Below are positions 28,557 to 37,799 of a stretch of 64,000 nucleotides of DNA, piece by piece. Source of the stretch: Deltaproteobacteria bacterium (GTDB lineage Bacteria; Myxococcota_A; Polyangia; Polyangiales; Houyiibacteriaceae); NCBI GenBank assembly GCA_034670305.1, contig JAXMNT010000018.1, positions 73,071 through 137,070 on the forward strand, in the 5' to 3' direction. How positions within the stretch are numbered: position 1 is the stretch's first letter; every line of letters begins with the position of its first letter. The translations under genes were made by a program, and so were the position numbers. The notes beneath the pieces are model-generated. The model had not been told where the DNA came from. It worked only from the letters and a program-made list of their open reading frames with translations, and did no database searches.

Positions 28557-29098
28557 TGAATCGTTTTAGACTGCATACCAAGGTCGACGGTGCCCCGCGC
28601 AAGGTTCGCGGAGTTCGCCAATGGATTGTCGTGGATGAGTGGTGTGTGATGTTCGCACGCGCTCCGGCGCTGGAACTCGCCCAAGCTTTGGCAAAGTCGC
28701 GGGGTACGCAAGCTCGATCCCTGTCTCCGGACGATTCGGCACGTCTTGGCGAGTATGCGGTGGTCCGCTTCTCGGGGAGCGAGTGGTCGTATGCGCTCAG
28801 AGGTGCTAATGAATGTCCACTGTTTGAGGCGTACGAAGAACTCGAAAAGGCGAGCCAACTCCTCTCGGAGGAGCTGCATCTCCTCGCGCTAGAGGACACC
28901 AGTAACTCAGTGGTTCATAGATCTTTTCGCGATGGGAGTCAGACTCTGCGCCAAGATTGGATGGACTCGTCAAAGGTCGTTATCAAAGCGTCGAAGGACA
29001 TGGAGGCGCTGGGTATCGAGTTGCCACTTCTGTGGTACGAATCGGAGGCGTTCCTCGCCGGAGTTCGGGAGCCAGACGCGATCGCCGTTTTTGGCTAA
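28553..29098 (+). CDS. Putative cognate immunity protein
   Basis: Overlaps the toxin stop; visibly lower GC like the toxin tip. Confidence 0.65.
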   Translation: MMNRFRLHTKVDGAPRKVRGVRQWIVVDEWCVMFARAPALELAQALAKSRGTQARSLSPDDSARLGEYAVVRFSGSEWSYALRGANECPLFEAYEELEKASQLLSEELHLLALEDTSNSVVHRSFRDGSQTLRQDWMDSSKVVIKASKDMEALGIELPLLWYESEAFLAGVREPDAIAVFG

Positions 29099-29216
29099 GG
29101 TTGTGTGTCTGGTCGCCCAGTTCCCCCGCGGGCTCGCTCCAGCCTGACGGCGACGCCCCATGCGCGCCGCGGACGCGGCGTTGGCGGCGGGGCGCAGACG
29201 CTCGGAGTGCTCTCGG

Positions 29217-29480
29217 ATCAGAAGAGATGGTTTCGCGGGTCCAGTGGGGCTGGAGTAGGACTCGGTTGACGTCCTTGAGGTCGTTGTTCTCTGAGGGGAT
29301 GAGCGCATCCCGCTCCGGCCTGCGGCCTCCTCCCCAACTCGGGTGCGGGTACTCCCCTGTTAGGAGGTTGCGACGCAGAGGTTGCGCACGTGTCGGAGGA
29401 TGCCTTCGCTTGAGCGGACGACGAGCGCGAGCGCGTCGGGGGTGAAGACGTTGTGCGCGAGCGCGACGCGATCGAGCGCG
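29217..29480 (-). pseudogene. Broken C-terminal fragment resembling an ExeA/GspA-type AAA ATPase
   Basis: LDRVALAHNVFTPDALALVVRSSEGILRHVRNLCVA*, then DLKDVNRVLLQPHW. Confidence 0.45.
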
Positions 29481-29759
29481 GAGGATGAAGGCTCCATGTC
29501 GTCGTCGGGAGCGAGCTTCTGCGGGGACGGAGTACGTGTTAGCGACCGACTTGATGTGGCCGTCGGCGGCCGATTTGACGTCGCAGGGGGTTGGGGCGGC
29601 ATAGTTGTTGAGAGAGCCAAGTCCGAGGAGCCGGAGGCCGATTCGTCCGCACCCGAACGGGTGAGCTCGTCGAGGTTCCGCTCAGCGCTGTTGGCCGCCG
29701 TTCCGCTGGTGGGTTCAACCTATGAGAGAGATCATGTCGAGCCCATTCTTCGATCGAGC

Positions 29760-30070
29760 CTACATGGTTGAAGCACCGTCTCTTGGGGATGGATTCTTGA
29801 TGGGTGGGCAGATATCGGCGCCTGCAGCGAGCAGGGCGAGCGTCCGCGCGAGCTCGACGAGCACGTGGTGCGCGCCCGCGGGTCGGCGCCCAGCGGGCGG
29901 TGGGCGAGGTCGTTGCGGAGCGTGACCATGCGGCGCAGCGCCGCGACGAGGCGCTCGCTCATCCTCAGGTCGGAAAGCATCGCCCGGAGCGGCTTGTGGT
30001 CTCCGAACTTCTCGACCTGCTTCGCCGCGGCGAAGAGGACGTCCAGCCGAGCGAGAGCGTGCGCTGGGCA
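29760..30070 (-). pseudogene. HEPN-like domain remnant
   Basis: Helical segment ending LRRMVTLRNDLAH (Rx4H); helix continues in another frame (HHVLVELARTLALL); no start. Confidence 0.5.
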
Positions 30071-30152
30071 GCGGCCTCCGTGATTCGCCTGGTGTAGTTC
30101 GTCTGGAACCGGTCCCACCGAGGTTCGAACGCGACGACCGAACAACATCGGC

Positions 30153-30947
30153 GTGGGTGCGGACCGGGGCCAGCTCGGGTGGTTGCACCGGGAGGTTGGA
30201 ACCGGAGGGGTTGCCGGCAGGTCTACCGATGAGGTCACCGGGAGATGGACCGGATGCCAAACCGGGGCCCGCGGGCAAGAAAACCGGGCGTTTACCGGGT
30301 ACGTTGCTGATGTGGCGAAGGCAGTCGGGAGTGATGTGGCGGGGGCGGTGTACGAACAGCGTTTCCTGCGGCCGTGGTTTCAGGACGCGTGGTTGGGGTG
30401 GCTTCTGGCGACCCTCACAACGACTTCCGAGTACATCGTCCACGAGGCCGACCAGGCCCGCCGGCGTCGGGTTGGAGTTCGTCCGCGGAAGGACAGGGCG
30501 CTCCCGCCTTGGGCGGCGGTGGGGATTGAGCGTTTCGGTCCAATCCTCCCTGAGCTTGGGGTGGCGGCGCGGGCGGCAGCCGGCGTTGGGGAAGTGGAGG
30601 TCTTTGCCAAGGACCCGACGGTGCCCGATGAGGTTGTGGCCGATGCCGCGGCTGTCGTGTTTGAAAAGAAGGCGGCCAAGGTCGCGCTAAGCGCGTTTTA
30701 CGAGGGCGTATTCTTGGTCGTGGACGGCCGCGGCGAGGACTGCACTGCGGGACGGTTGGCGCTGCTGTCGGGTGCGGTAGGCCTGGAGGGGTACGACCGA
30801 ATCGATCCGGTGCGGCGCCGGTGGGAAGACCGGCTGGCGTCCTGGGTGGAGAGCCCGCTGGCTGGGATGGCGGAGGCCGAGGCGTTCCGAGCGCTGGGTC
30901 CCGAGGAGCTCGACCGACTCGCCGCTCGATTGAGCATCGCGGAGTAG
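30153..30947 (+). CDS. Hypothetical protein (start uncertain)
   Basis: 264-aa ORF with protein-like composition just upstream of xis/int. Confidence 0.5.
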   Translation: MGADRGQLGWLHREVGTGGVAGRSTDEVTGRWTGCQTGARGQENRAFTGYVADVAKAVGSDVAGAVYEQRFLRPWFQDAWLGWLLATLTTTSEYIVHEADQARRRRVGVRPRKDRALPPWAAVGIERFGPILPELGVAARAAAGVGEVEVFAKDPTVPDEVVADAAAVVFEKKAAKVALSAFYEGVFLVVDGRGEDCTAGRLALLSGAVGLEGYDRIDPVRRRWEDRLASWVESPLAGMAEAEAFRALGPEELDRLAARLSIAE

Positions 30948-31121
30948 GAGATCTGCGTCGCGCGAGGACGTGGATGGAAAATCTCACGGCGCGAAGCCGA
31001 CGCGATCCACCCGAACGTGGTGCTCGAACCACCCGAAGACGACGTTCCAACCACCCGAAGTCGCTGCGCGCTGATTCCGGGCCGATGACGTCGCGACCAT
31101 GATCCGCAGGTTCCTCGGGTC

Positions 31122-31658
31122 GTGGACGAACCCCTCATGAGCACCGCCGATGTCGCGCGCTACCTGCGCTACGCCTCGCGAAGTGGGGTGCTGATGCTGG
31201 TCCAGCGGGGCCAGCTCGAGCCGTTCGGACGACGAGGTCGGACGCTGCTCTTTCGGCGCAGCGACGTGGACGCTATGGTGAGGGCCGATCGTGCGAAGGC
31301 CTCTCGTGGCAGAGAGGAGCTTCGCCATGAAGCGAAACGAATTGGCAGGGAAACGGATCCTGCCCGGTCTTTGGAAACTCGGAGAGAGAACGTATCTGGT
31401 ACGAGTCCAGGTCCAATCCCGGCGCCGAGTTCGGAGCCGAAAACGGGTCCTGGACAACGTGAGCCTGGCGGACGCGATCCGCTATCGGGACGCGCTGAAG
31501 GCGTCGCTGGTGACCCTCACGGCCAGCCCACGGGAGGTGCTGCTGTCAGCGGCACCGGCACCGCTTGCACCTGTCGCGACGCCCTGCGAAGCGACGCACC
31601 TGGAGCTGGTCGGCACTTTCGCGAGCTCTTGGCTCGAGCGAAAGATTGCTCGGGGTGA
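31122..31658 (+). CDS. Excisionase-like HTH protein (domain in the first ~60 aa)
   Basis: LMSTADVARYLRYASRSGVLMLVQRGQLEP...LLFRRSDVDA; 3' part overlaps the integrase. Confidence 0.72.
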   Translation: MDEPLMSTADVARYLRYASRSGVLMLVQRGQLEPFGRRGRTLLFRRSDVDAMVRADRAKASRGREELRHEAKRIGRETDPARSLETRRENVSGTSPGPIPAPSSEPKTGPGQREPGGRDPLSGRAEGVAGDPHGQPTGGAAVSGTGTACTCRDALRSDAPGAGRHFRELLARAKDCSG

Positions 31659-32502
31659 TCTCGCGGAGTCGACCGCCGATCGATACGCGGTTGCACTGGA
31701 TCGGGTGAGCGACAGGATCTTGCAGTTGCCGCTCGATGTGGTGACGGATGAGATGATCGAGGCTTGGCTCATCGCGGCTCGCCGCGAAGGGTTCGAGCCA
31801 ACCACGGTCAACGGCTGGCTCTCGGTGTTGCGACAGATGTTTGCTGCATCCCCGTTGGAGCAGAACCCGGCATCCAACGTGAAGCCGCTCAAGGTTCCGA
31901 CGAACCTCGAGGAGCCGAACGCATTGCCTCCGGAGGAACTGAAGCGATTGCTTCGGGCACTCCGGGACATCGACCCGACCCTCGAGTCGATGGCTTGGGT
32001 GCTGGCGCTCACCGGCATGCGCTGGCAAGAGGTGAGCGCACTCTACGTGACCGACCTCGACTTCAAACGAGGCGTTATCCTGATCCGGCGCAAAGTGAGC
32101 CGAGGAAAGATCGTGCCCACGACGAAGACGAACAAGGCGCGGACGGTGGGCCTTCCTCCGGTTCTCGCGGGGCTGTTCGAGGCTCAGCAAACGCGCAGGT
32201 CGGAGGACGGCTACACCGGGCCGTTGGTGTTCCCGTCATCGGTCGGCAAGCCCATCCTCAACTCGCGGATGAGCTCGGCGATGAAGAAGGCACGTGAGCG
32301 CGCTGGGATCTCCCAGACCTTTACGAGCCACGGATTCCGCCGGTCGGTGACCGACATGCTCCGGCAGTCCGGGGTCGATTCAACGACCTCGGCGGCCATC
32401 ATCGGCCACGACACCGAGCGCATGCGCCGTCACTACTCGACGGTCGATCCCAGGGAGGTCCTTGCGGCCTCCGAGAAGCTCGCAGAGCTGCTCGAAGGGT
32501 GA
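31327..32502 (+). CDS. Tyrosine recombinase/integrase
   Basis: GAGGAG RBS; catalytic TGMRWQE, TTKT, SHGFRRS, IGH, RHYS. Confidence 0.93.
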   Translation: MKRNELAGKRILPGLWKLGERTYLVRVQVQSRRRVRSRKRVLDNVSLADAIRYRDALKASLVTLTASPREVLLSAAPAPLAPVATPCEATHLELVGTFASSWLERKIARGDLAESTADRYAVALDRVSDRILQLPLDVVTDEMIEAWLIAARREGFEPTTVNGWLSVLRQMFAASPLEQNPASNVKPLKVPTNLEEPNALPPEELKRLLRALRDIDPTLESMAWVLALTGMRWQEVSALYVTDLDFKRGVILIRRKVSRGKIVPTTKTNKARTVGLPPVLAGLFEAQQTRRSEDGYTGPLVFPSSVGKPILNSRMSSAMKKARERAGISQTFTSHGFRRSVTDMLRQSGVDSTTSAAIIGHDTERMRRHYSTVDPREVLAASEKLAELLEG

Positions 32503-32515
32503 GTGCAAAACCGTC

Positions 32516-32551
32516 GGGGGACTGGCCGGGGGACTGGCCGGGGGACTGGCC
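32516..32551. repeat. GGGGGACTGGCC x3 (candidate integrase arm-type sites)
   Basis: Copies at 32516, 32528 and 32540; two more at 15808 and 15820; inverted copy at 16084. Confidence 0.7.
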
Positions 32552-32593
32552 TCAGTCCACCGCGCGAAGTTCGGGCCCCTGCCAGATACGAGT

Positions 32594-32622
32594 GAGGCCG
32601 GTCTCCTGTTGGAGCCGGCCTC
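32594..32622. terminator. Hairpin between the convergent integrase and tRNA
   Basis: GAGGCCGGTCTCC-TGTT-GGAGCCGGCCTC; duplicated at 15873-15901. Confidence 0.5.
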
Positions 32623-32671
32623 TGGAAACGCTTGAAATCTAGTGCTTATGGAGCAGCTGGACTTCGGGTTG

Positions 32672-32748
<77 letters not shown>

Positions 32749-32770
32749 AAAATGCCTCTCGGCGACGGGC

Positions 32771-32799
32771 TAGATACGACCGCCGAAGAGCGCTGTCAA
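32771..32799 (-). promoter_or_regulatory. Sigma-70 promoter of tRNA-Gly
   Basis: TTGACA-17 nt-TATCTA. Confidence 0.7.
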
Positions 32800-32926
32800 G
32801 CGCCGACCGCCTGGGAAGTGTCCGGTCCTGGCCGAGCATGGAAGAGCGGCCTGCGGGGCAGGCGCTGTGGTCGTGCATCCGCGTTCCGGGACTTTCCGAA
32901 AACCATGGCCCTCGATACGCTGCCGG

Positions 32927-34963
32927 ATGGGTTGGTTGGGACGGCAGCTCGGGGGTGGCGCAGTGCGCGCGGCTTCGCTCCTCACGTTGGTCTGTGCATG
33001 CGTCCTCGTCGCGGTGGCTTCCGGTCGGGCGGCGGCGCATTTCCTCGACGAACATGCCGACTTCACAGCGGCGGGGTCGAACACCCACGACCCCTCCGTC
33101 GCCCTCGACGACGCGGGCGACCGGCTGGTGCTGGGCGCGCCCGGCGCGGTGCCTAGGACCGTGGGGGCGACGCGCGGTCAGGTGACCATCCTCGTCCGGA
33201 GCGGCGCGTCGTGGAGTACCGAAGCGGCGCTCGATGGGAACACGGCTTCGTCCGATGCCTTCTCGGGTGCGTCGGTTGCGATCGATGGCGCCGGCGACCG
33301 GGTGGCGGCGGGCGGGCCCGGCGGCGCGGGTCACGTGCGCGTGTTCGTTCGCAGCGGCAGCGCGTGGAGCGAAGAGACCACGCTGCGGCCGTCCGAGGCA
33401 TCCGGCGGCTTCGGCAAGCGTGTGGCGTTGAGCAACGACGGCAGTCTGCTGGCGGTGGGGTGGTCAACGGTCCAGCGGGTCGACGTCTACACGCGCACCG
33501 GATCGAGCTGGTCGCTCGGCGCGACGCTCACGCCTTCGGTGTCGAGCCTGGAGTTCGGCCACGCGCTCGCTGTGTCCAACGACGGGTCACGCATCTTCGT
33601 CGGCGCGGCGTTCCCTCAACGGGTGTTCGACTTCACGTTCGATGGCGTGGACTGGAACGAAACGGCGATCGTCCGGCCGGTCTCGCGGCGGATCGACTTC
33701 GGTCAGAGCCTCGCGGTGGATGGCACGAACTCGAGGCTGGTCGTTGGTGCGCGTGGTTCGGTGACCCAGTTCGACTGGGACGGCGCGGCGTGGATCGAGT
33801 CGGAGGTCTTGGCCGGGGACGATGGCTTCGGCGCGGCGGTCGCGCTCTCGGCGGACGGCATGCAGCTCGCGGTCGGCGCGCCCGAGGTGGTCCCGACCGG
33901 ACGGGTGTTCACCTACGTGCGGTCCGGCGACGCGTGGATCGACGACGGCCGACCGGTGGGCGGCATCCGGGTCGATCCGATGGGCGCGTCGGTGGCGTTC
34001 GCGCGGGTCAGCGTGGACTGGTTGCTCGCGGGTGGGGTGCGGGAGGCCGACGACGGCTCGGGCGGCGCGATGCTCTTCGGCCGGGTCGGCCACGAGTGCA
34101 CCGACGCGGGCCCCTGCCCGACCGGCCACTGCACCGAAGGCGTGTGTTGCACCGATGCGTGCGGCGAGGCGTGCGAGACGTGCCTGCCGACCGGCTCTCT
34201 CCCGGGGGCGTGCGGTACGTTCAGCCTGGCCGACGCGGTCGTCTGCTTTCCGGACACCGGTCCCTGCCACCCGGCGGTGACGTGCCGGCCGTTTCGCCGC
34301 ACTTGTCCGCCCGACGCGTTCGCGCCGGCGGGGACCGTCTGCCGCGACGCCGCGGGCGCATGCGATCGGGACGAGGTCTGCGACGGCAGCACCGACGTGT
34401 GTCCGGCGGATGTCTGGTTTCCCGCGGCGTCCGTGTGCCGCCCAGCGACCGGGACGTGCGACGCGGAAGAGTTGTGCGACGGGGTGGCCGTCGACTGTCC
34501 AGTGGACGATGTGAGGGCCACCGGGGAGGTGTGTCGCGCGTCGACTGGCGGGGTGTGCGACGTCGAAGAAGTCTGCGACGGAGTCTCCACGACCTGCCCA
34601 GACGATGTGCCGATGTGCATCGACGCGGGACCGCGCGACGCCGGAGTGAGCGACGCAGGTGCGAGCGATGCCGCCGTGGACGACGCGGGTTCGAGCGATG
34701 CGGGCTCGGTCGACGCCGGCATGGACGCCGGTTCGAGCGACGCGGGCTCGGGTGACGCTGGTCTCGGTGACGCTGGTTTCGGTGACGCCAGTGTGGACGA
34801 CGCAGGCGCTGCGACCGACGCAGGCGCCGACGCGTGGCGTACCGAAGGCGACGCTGGACACGTCGATGGACCGACCGCCGGGTGTGGTTGTCGAACGGGC
34901 TCGGGCGCGTCTCTGGGGTGGTTCGCGCTGCTGCTCGGTGTGCTCGCGCGTCGCCGTCGCTGA
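32927..34963 (+). CDS. Surface protein: FG-GAP-like propeller, disintegrin-like Cys repeats, DAG linker and MYXO-CTERM
   Basis: FG..VALS.DG..L.VGAP repeats; CR.A.G.CD..E.CDG....CP.D repeats; GCGCRTG...WFALLLGVLARRRR. Confidence 0.85.
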   Translation: MGWLGRQLGGGAVRAASLLTLVCACVLVAVASGRAAAHFLDEHADFTAAGSNTHDPSVALDDAGDRLVLGAPGAVPRTVGATRGQVTILVRSGASWSTEAALDGNTASSDAFSGASVAIDGAGDRVAAGGPGGAGHVRVFVRSGSAWSEETTLRPSEASGGFGKRVALSNDGSLLAVGWSTVQRVDVYTRTGSSWSLGATLTPSVSSLEFGHALAVSNDGSRIFVGAAFPQRVFDFTFDGVDWNETAIVRPVSRRIDFGQSLAVDGTNSRLVVGARGSVTQFDWDGAAWIESEVLAGDDGFGAAVALSADGMQLAVGAPEVVPTGRVFTYVRSGDAWIDDGRPVGGIRVDPMGASVAFARVSVDWLLAGGVREADDGSGGAMLFGRVGHECTDAGPCPTGHCTEGVCCTDACGEACETCLPTGSLPGACGTFSLADAVVCFPDTGPCHPAVTCRPFRRTCPPDAFAPAGTVCRDAAGACDRDEVCDGSTDVCPADVWFPAASVCRPATGTCDAEELCDGVAVDCPVDDVRATGEVCRASTGGVCDVEEVCDGVSTTCPDDVPMCIDAGPRDAGVSDAGASDAAVDDAGSSDAGSVDAGMDAGSSDAGSGDAGLGDAGFGDASVDDAGAATDAGADAWRTEGDAGHVDGPTAGCGCRTGSGASLGWFALLLGVLARRRR

Positions 34964-35014
34964 CCCTACGCGCGCGCGTGAGGTGGGCACGCTGTGTCGC
35001 GATCGCGCGCGACT

Positions 35015-35150
35015 TCGAAGACACACCGCGACTCGAACACCACACCGCGATTCATCGAGGACAGCACCGCGATTCGAGGACAGCACCGCGATTCGAGGAC
35101 AGCACCGCGATTCGAGGACAGCACCGCTATTCGTCGAAGACCGCAGCGCG
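35015..35150. repeat. 19-bp tandem repeat TCGAGGACAGCACCGCGAT (4 good copies plus degenerate flanks)
   Basis: Units start at 35055, 35074, 35093 and 35112; no spacers. Confidence 0.88.
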
Positions 35151-35201
35151 GTGCGGTCGTCTTTCAGGGCACGGAGGGGGCCGGCGCTGGTACCGTGGGG
35201 C

Positions 35202-36020
35202 ATGCGCTTTCTCTTCGTTGGGCTGTTCGTCGCGTCGGTGGGTTGCGGGTCGAGTGGAGCCTCCGCCCCGAGCCAAGAAACCTCCGCAGGCGCCTCTGAG
35301 TCAGGCACCCTGGTCGTCGCCGAACCGGTCGCCGAGCCTCTCGAGTGCGTGGTCGTCACCGACACGAGCAACGAGGACATCTTCGGCTCCGAGACGACCT
35401 GGCGCCAAGACGCCGAAGGCCGCTGGACGCGCTACTCCATCGTCTCGGATGGGCCCGTGCTCGGTGCCAGCTGGCGCTACGAAGGCGACTCGGTGTTCGT
35501 TCAAGAAGACGAGGACGAAGTCGGTCATGGAGCGCCGGAGAGCCGGCTCTCGGCGGTCCGCGGAGCCGATGAGATCGTCGTCGAGTACGCCCGCGAGTTC
35601 GGTTCCTACACGCTCACGGTCCAGCTCGACGCCCAGGGTCGTCCGATCGGGTACGACGTCACCGAGGAGGGGGAGTGGCTGCGCGGTGGCCGCTGCGAAC
35701 GCGACGCGGCGGGCCACCTGACCCAGGTTCGTTCCGTGGTGTCGCCGGAACCGAACGCCGAGTCGGAGGACCAGACCGACTACGAGTACGACGACGGCGG
35801 TCGACTCGTCTCCTATGTGCGCACGAGGGCCCGCCCGGTCCGCGCCACCGTTCGGTACGAAGAGAACGCCGTGGTCGTCGCACAGACCCTGGACGACGAA
35901 GACATGGGCGAAATCACCTTCACCACGACCCACCCCGGCCCTTGCCGCCGGCTCGCCGAACCCCGCTGCGTCATCGACTCGGCGCTGCCGCCGGGCTGGC
36001 TCGACCGCGTCGGACGCTGA
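35202..36020 (+). CDS. Lipoprotein with YD-like beta-hairpins
   Basis: Lipobox SVGC; DAEGR, DAQGR, YEYDDGGRL. Confidence 0.72.
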   Translation: MRFLFVGLFVASVGCGSSGASAPSQETSAGASESGTLVVAEPVAEPLECVVVTDTSNEDIFGSETTWRQDAEGRWTRYSIVSDGPVLGASWRYEGDSVFVQEDEDEVGHGAPESRLSAVRGADEIVVEYAREFGSYTLTVQLDAQGRPIGYDVTEEGEWLRGGRCERDAAGHLTQVRSVVSPEPNAESEDQTDYEYDDGGRLVSYVRTRARPVRATVRYEENAVVVAQTLDDEDMGEITFTTTHPGPCRRLAEPRCVIDSALPPGWLDRVGR

Positions 36021-36080
36021 CGCGATCCGCGATCCGCCGCACCGCACGCGAAGATTTTCGCGCGTGCTCGGACCGGACCG

Positions 36081-37070
36081 TCAGGCGAACTTGAGCGTGT
36101 AGGTCATCGAGTGGCCAATGCGCTCGGAGAACTGGCGCACGGACTTGGACGCCATGCGGGCGCTGATCGGGACCGGGATCAAGGTCGTCAGGAACGCGGG
36201 CAAGCTCGGGCGTTCGCCGCGGAGGATGCGCAGGCGGCCCGGCGGGGTGTAGTCCACGCGGGCTTGGAGGTTGCCGGTGGTCTTCAGGAAGTCGTGCAGA
36301 TCCCGGAAGAGAATGAACGCGGTGTCGTTGGCGTGGGTCGGCCAGTTGGCCACCGGCAAGAAGTCCACGAGGTGGATGAGCTGGTAGTTCAGCTGGATGA
36401 AGAAGTCTTCGCCGCTGAGGGACATCGGCTCGTTGTCGATGACTCGGTGGAAGTCGATGCGCTCGAGCTTCTCGAGGCGGTGCGCGTTGTCGCGGAGCTC
36501 GGCGCGCATGGGCAGGTCGTAGAGGAGGCGCAGAATGGAGGGGAACGCGGCGATGTGGTTCCACTCGAACTCGGTGAGGTGTTCGCGGAGCGCGGGGATC
36601 TTGTCCGCGGTCATCGCGAAGGTGTTCGTGCCGGTGCCGAGGATGGAGTGCAGCAGGGAGACGAGCGGGGACTGCTCCGGGTAGTGGAGCGCCGAGTACT
36701 CGAAGCAGAAGTAGAGGTGGTCGAGGAACGAGCCGTCGGCATGCTCGACGTCGAAGTCGCACTCGTCGACGAGGAACGCGATGAGGTCCTTCGAGACTTC
36801 GGGCAGCTCGTGTTTCGCGCGCGCCTTGTCGTATTCGGCTTTGACGCGGGCGGCTTCGGCTGCGTCCCAGTGAGGCTCTTTGCCGATGCGCGTCTTCATC
36901 ACGTAGCGCGCCGCTTTGCCTTCGAGCGTCTGGAAGATCGTGCGATCGAGATCGAAGTTCGGGATGGGCTTGATCCGGACGCGGCCGGCGTGGTCCATCG
37001 CCCGACCATGGGCGATGGCGGCCTTGCGAAGGATGGTCGGGTCGGGCCGCTCGGCAGCACTCTGTTTCAT
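36081..37070 (-). CDS. Hypothetical protein with a DUF6817-like His motif
   Basis: HADGSFLDHL...LLHSILGT. Confidence 0.65.
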   Translation of the reverse strand: MKQSAAERPDPTILRKAAIAHGRAMDHAGRVRIKPIPNFDLDRTIFQTLEGKAARYVMKTRIGKEPHWDAAEAARVKAEYDKARAKHELPEVSKDLIAFLVDECDFDVEHADGSFLDHLYFCFEYSALHYPEQSPLVSLLHSILGTGTNTFAMTADKIPALREHLTEFEWNHIAAFPSILRLLYDLPMRAELRDNAHRLEKLERIDFHRVIDNEPMSLSGEDFFIQLNYQLIHLVDFLPVANWPTHANDTAFILFRDLHDFLKTTGNLQARVDYTPPGRLRILRGERPSLPAFLTTLIPVPISARMASKSVRQFSERIGHSMTYTLKFA

Positions 37071-37173
37071 GCCGATGCCCTAGCACACCCCGGTCGCAGG
37101 AGGCAGCCGAGGGGCCCACATCGGCCCGTGCCCCCGCCCGCGCCCCTGCCCGCTGACTCTGCGCTCCAGCGTT

Positions 37174-37665
37174 TCAGCTGAACGGCGCAGGGACCGGCCG
37201 AGTCACTTCGGCTGCACGTGTCGTGCGCCGGTGTGCTTTGGCCGGGATGAGGGGGCGGACCTTGCCGAGGCCGAATGGCGGCATGTGGTGGTAGAGGCTC
37301 TCGGATGCGCCGGGCTCGACGACGTAGGTCTCGTGCCAGATGCCCATCGCGCCGGTGCTCCACTTCTTGATCCACGCGCGCCAGCCCTTCATGTGTTCCC
37401 GGTCGCGGGCGCGGGCGTAGCGCTGGAGGTGTTCGAGCGAACGCCAGTACTGGACCATCAGGGTGGTGCGGCCGCCGTACGCTTCGAACCCGAGCAGGCC
37501 CGCTTCGGGGTCCGCGGCGAGCTCCTTCAAGATCCGCTGCATCGTGCGGGCGACGCCCCACACGATGGGAATGTTCCACCAGCGGTTGGCGCGTGCGCCG
37601 ATCAAGAAGACCACCAAGCCTTCGTCGTTGGCCACGGTCATTCGTTCGCTTCGTACCTCGGTCAT
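37174..37665 (-). CDS. DUF4188 family (monooxygenase-like) protein
   Basis: [36 protein letters not shown]. Confidence 0.88.
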   Translation of the reverse strand: MTEVRSERMTVANDEGLVVFLIGARANRWWNIPIVWGVARTMQRILKELAADPEAGLLGFEAYGGRTTLMVQYWRSLEHLQRYARARDREHMKGWRAWIKKWSTGAMGIWHETYVVEPGASESLYHHMPPFGLGKVRPLIPAKAHRRTTRAAEVTRPVPAPFS

Positions 37666-37733
37666 TGGGGCCTCCATTCCTCTGGGGAAGGTGTTTGGCA
37701 CCGCGGCTCGTTGGTTCGCGCTGCCGGTTCTCA

Positions 37734-37779
37734 ATGTTGACATCGACAACATGTCGTTTGAAGTTGCCAGTGTCAACAT
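37734..37779. promoter_or_regulatory. Two 19-bp palindromic operators, probably bound by the TetR
   Basis: ATGTTGACATCGACAACAT and AAGTTGCCAGTGTCAACAT between divergent genes. Confidence 0.75.
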
Positions 37780-37799
37780 CGGAGCGCACGATTGTCGTG

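Noticed and set aside
35015-35150. Possible CRISPR array
   Set aside because: 19-bp units abut with no unique spacers, and there are no cas genes in the window
35202-36020. Second Rhs toxin
   Set aside because: Only a few YD-like hairpins; no Rhs core, DPxG motif or toxin tip
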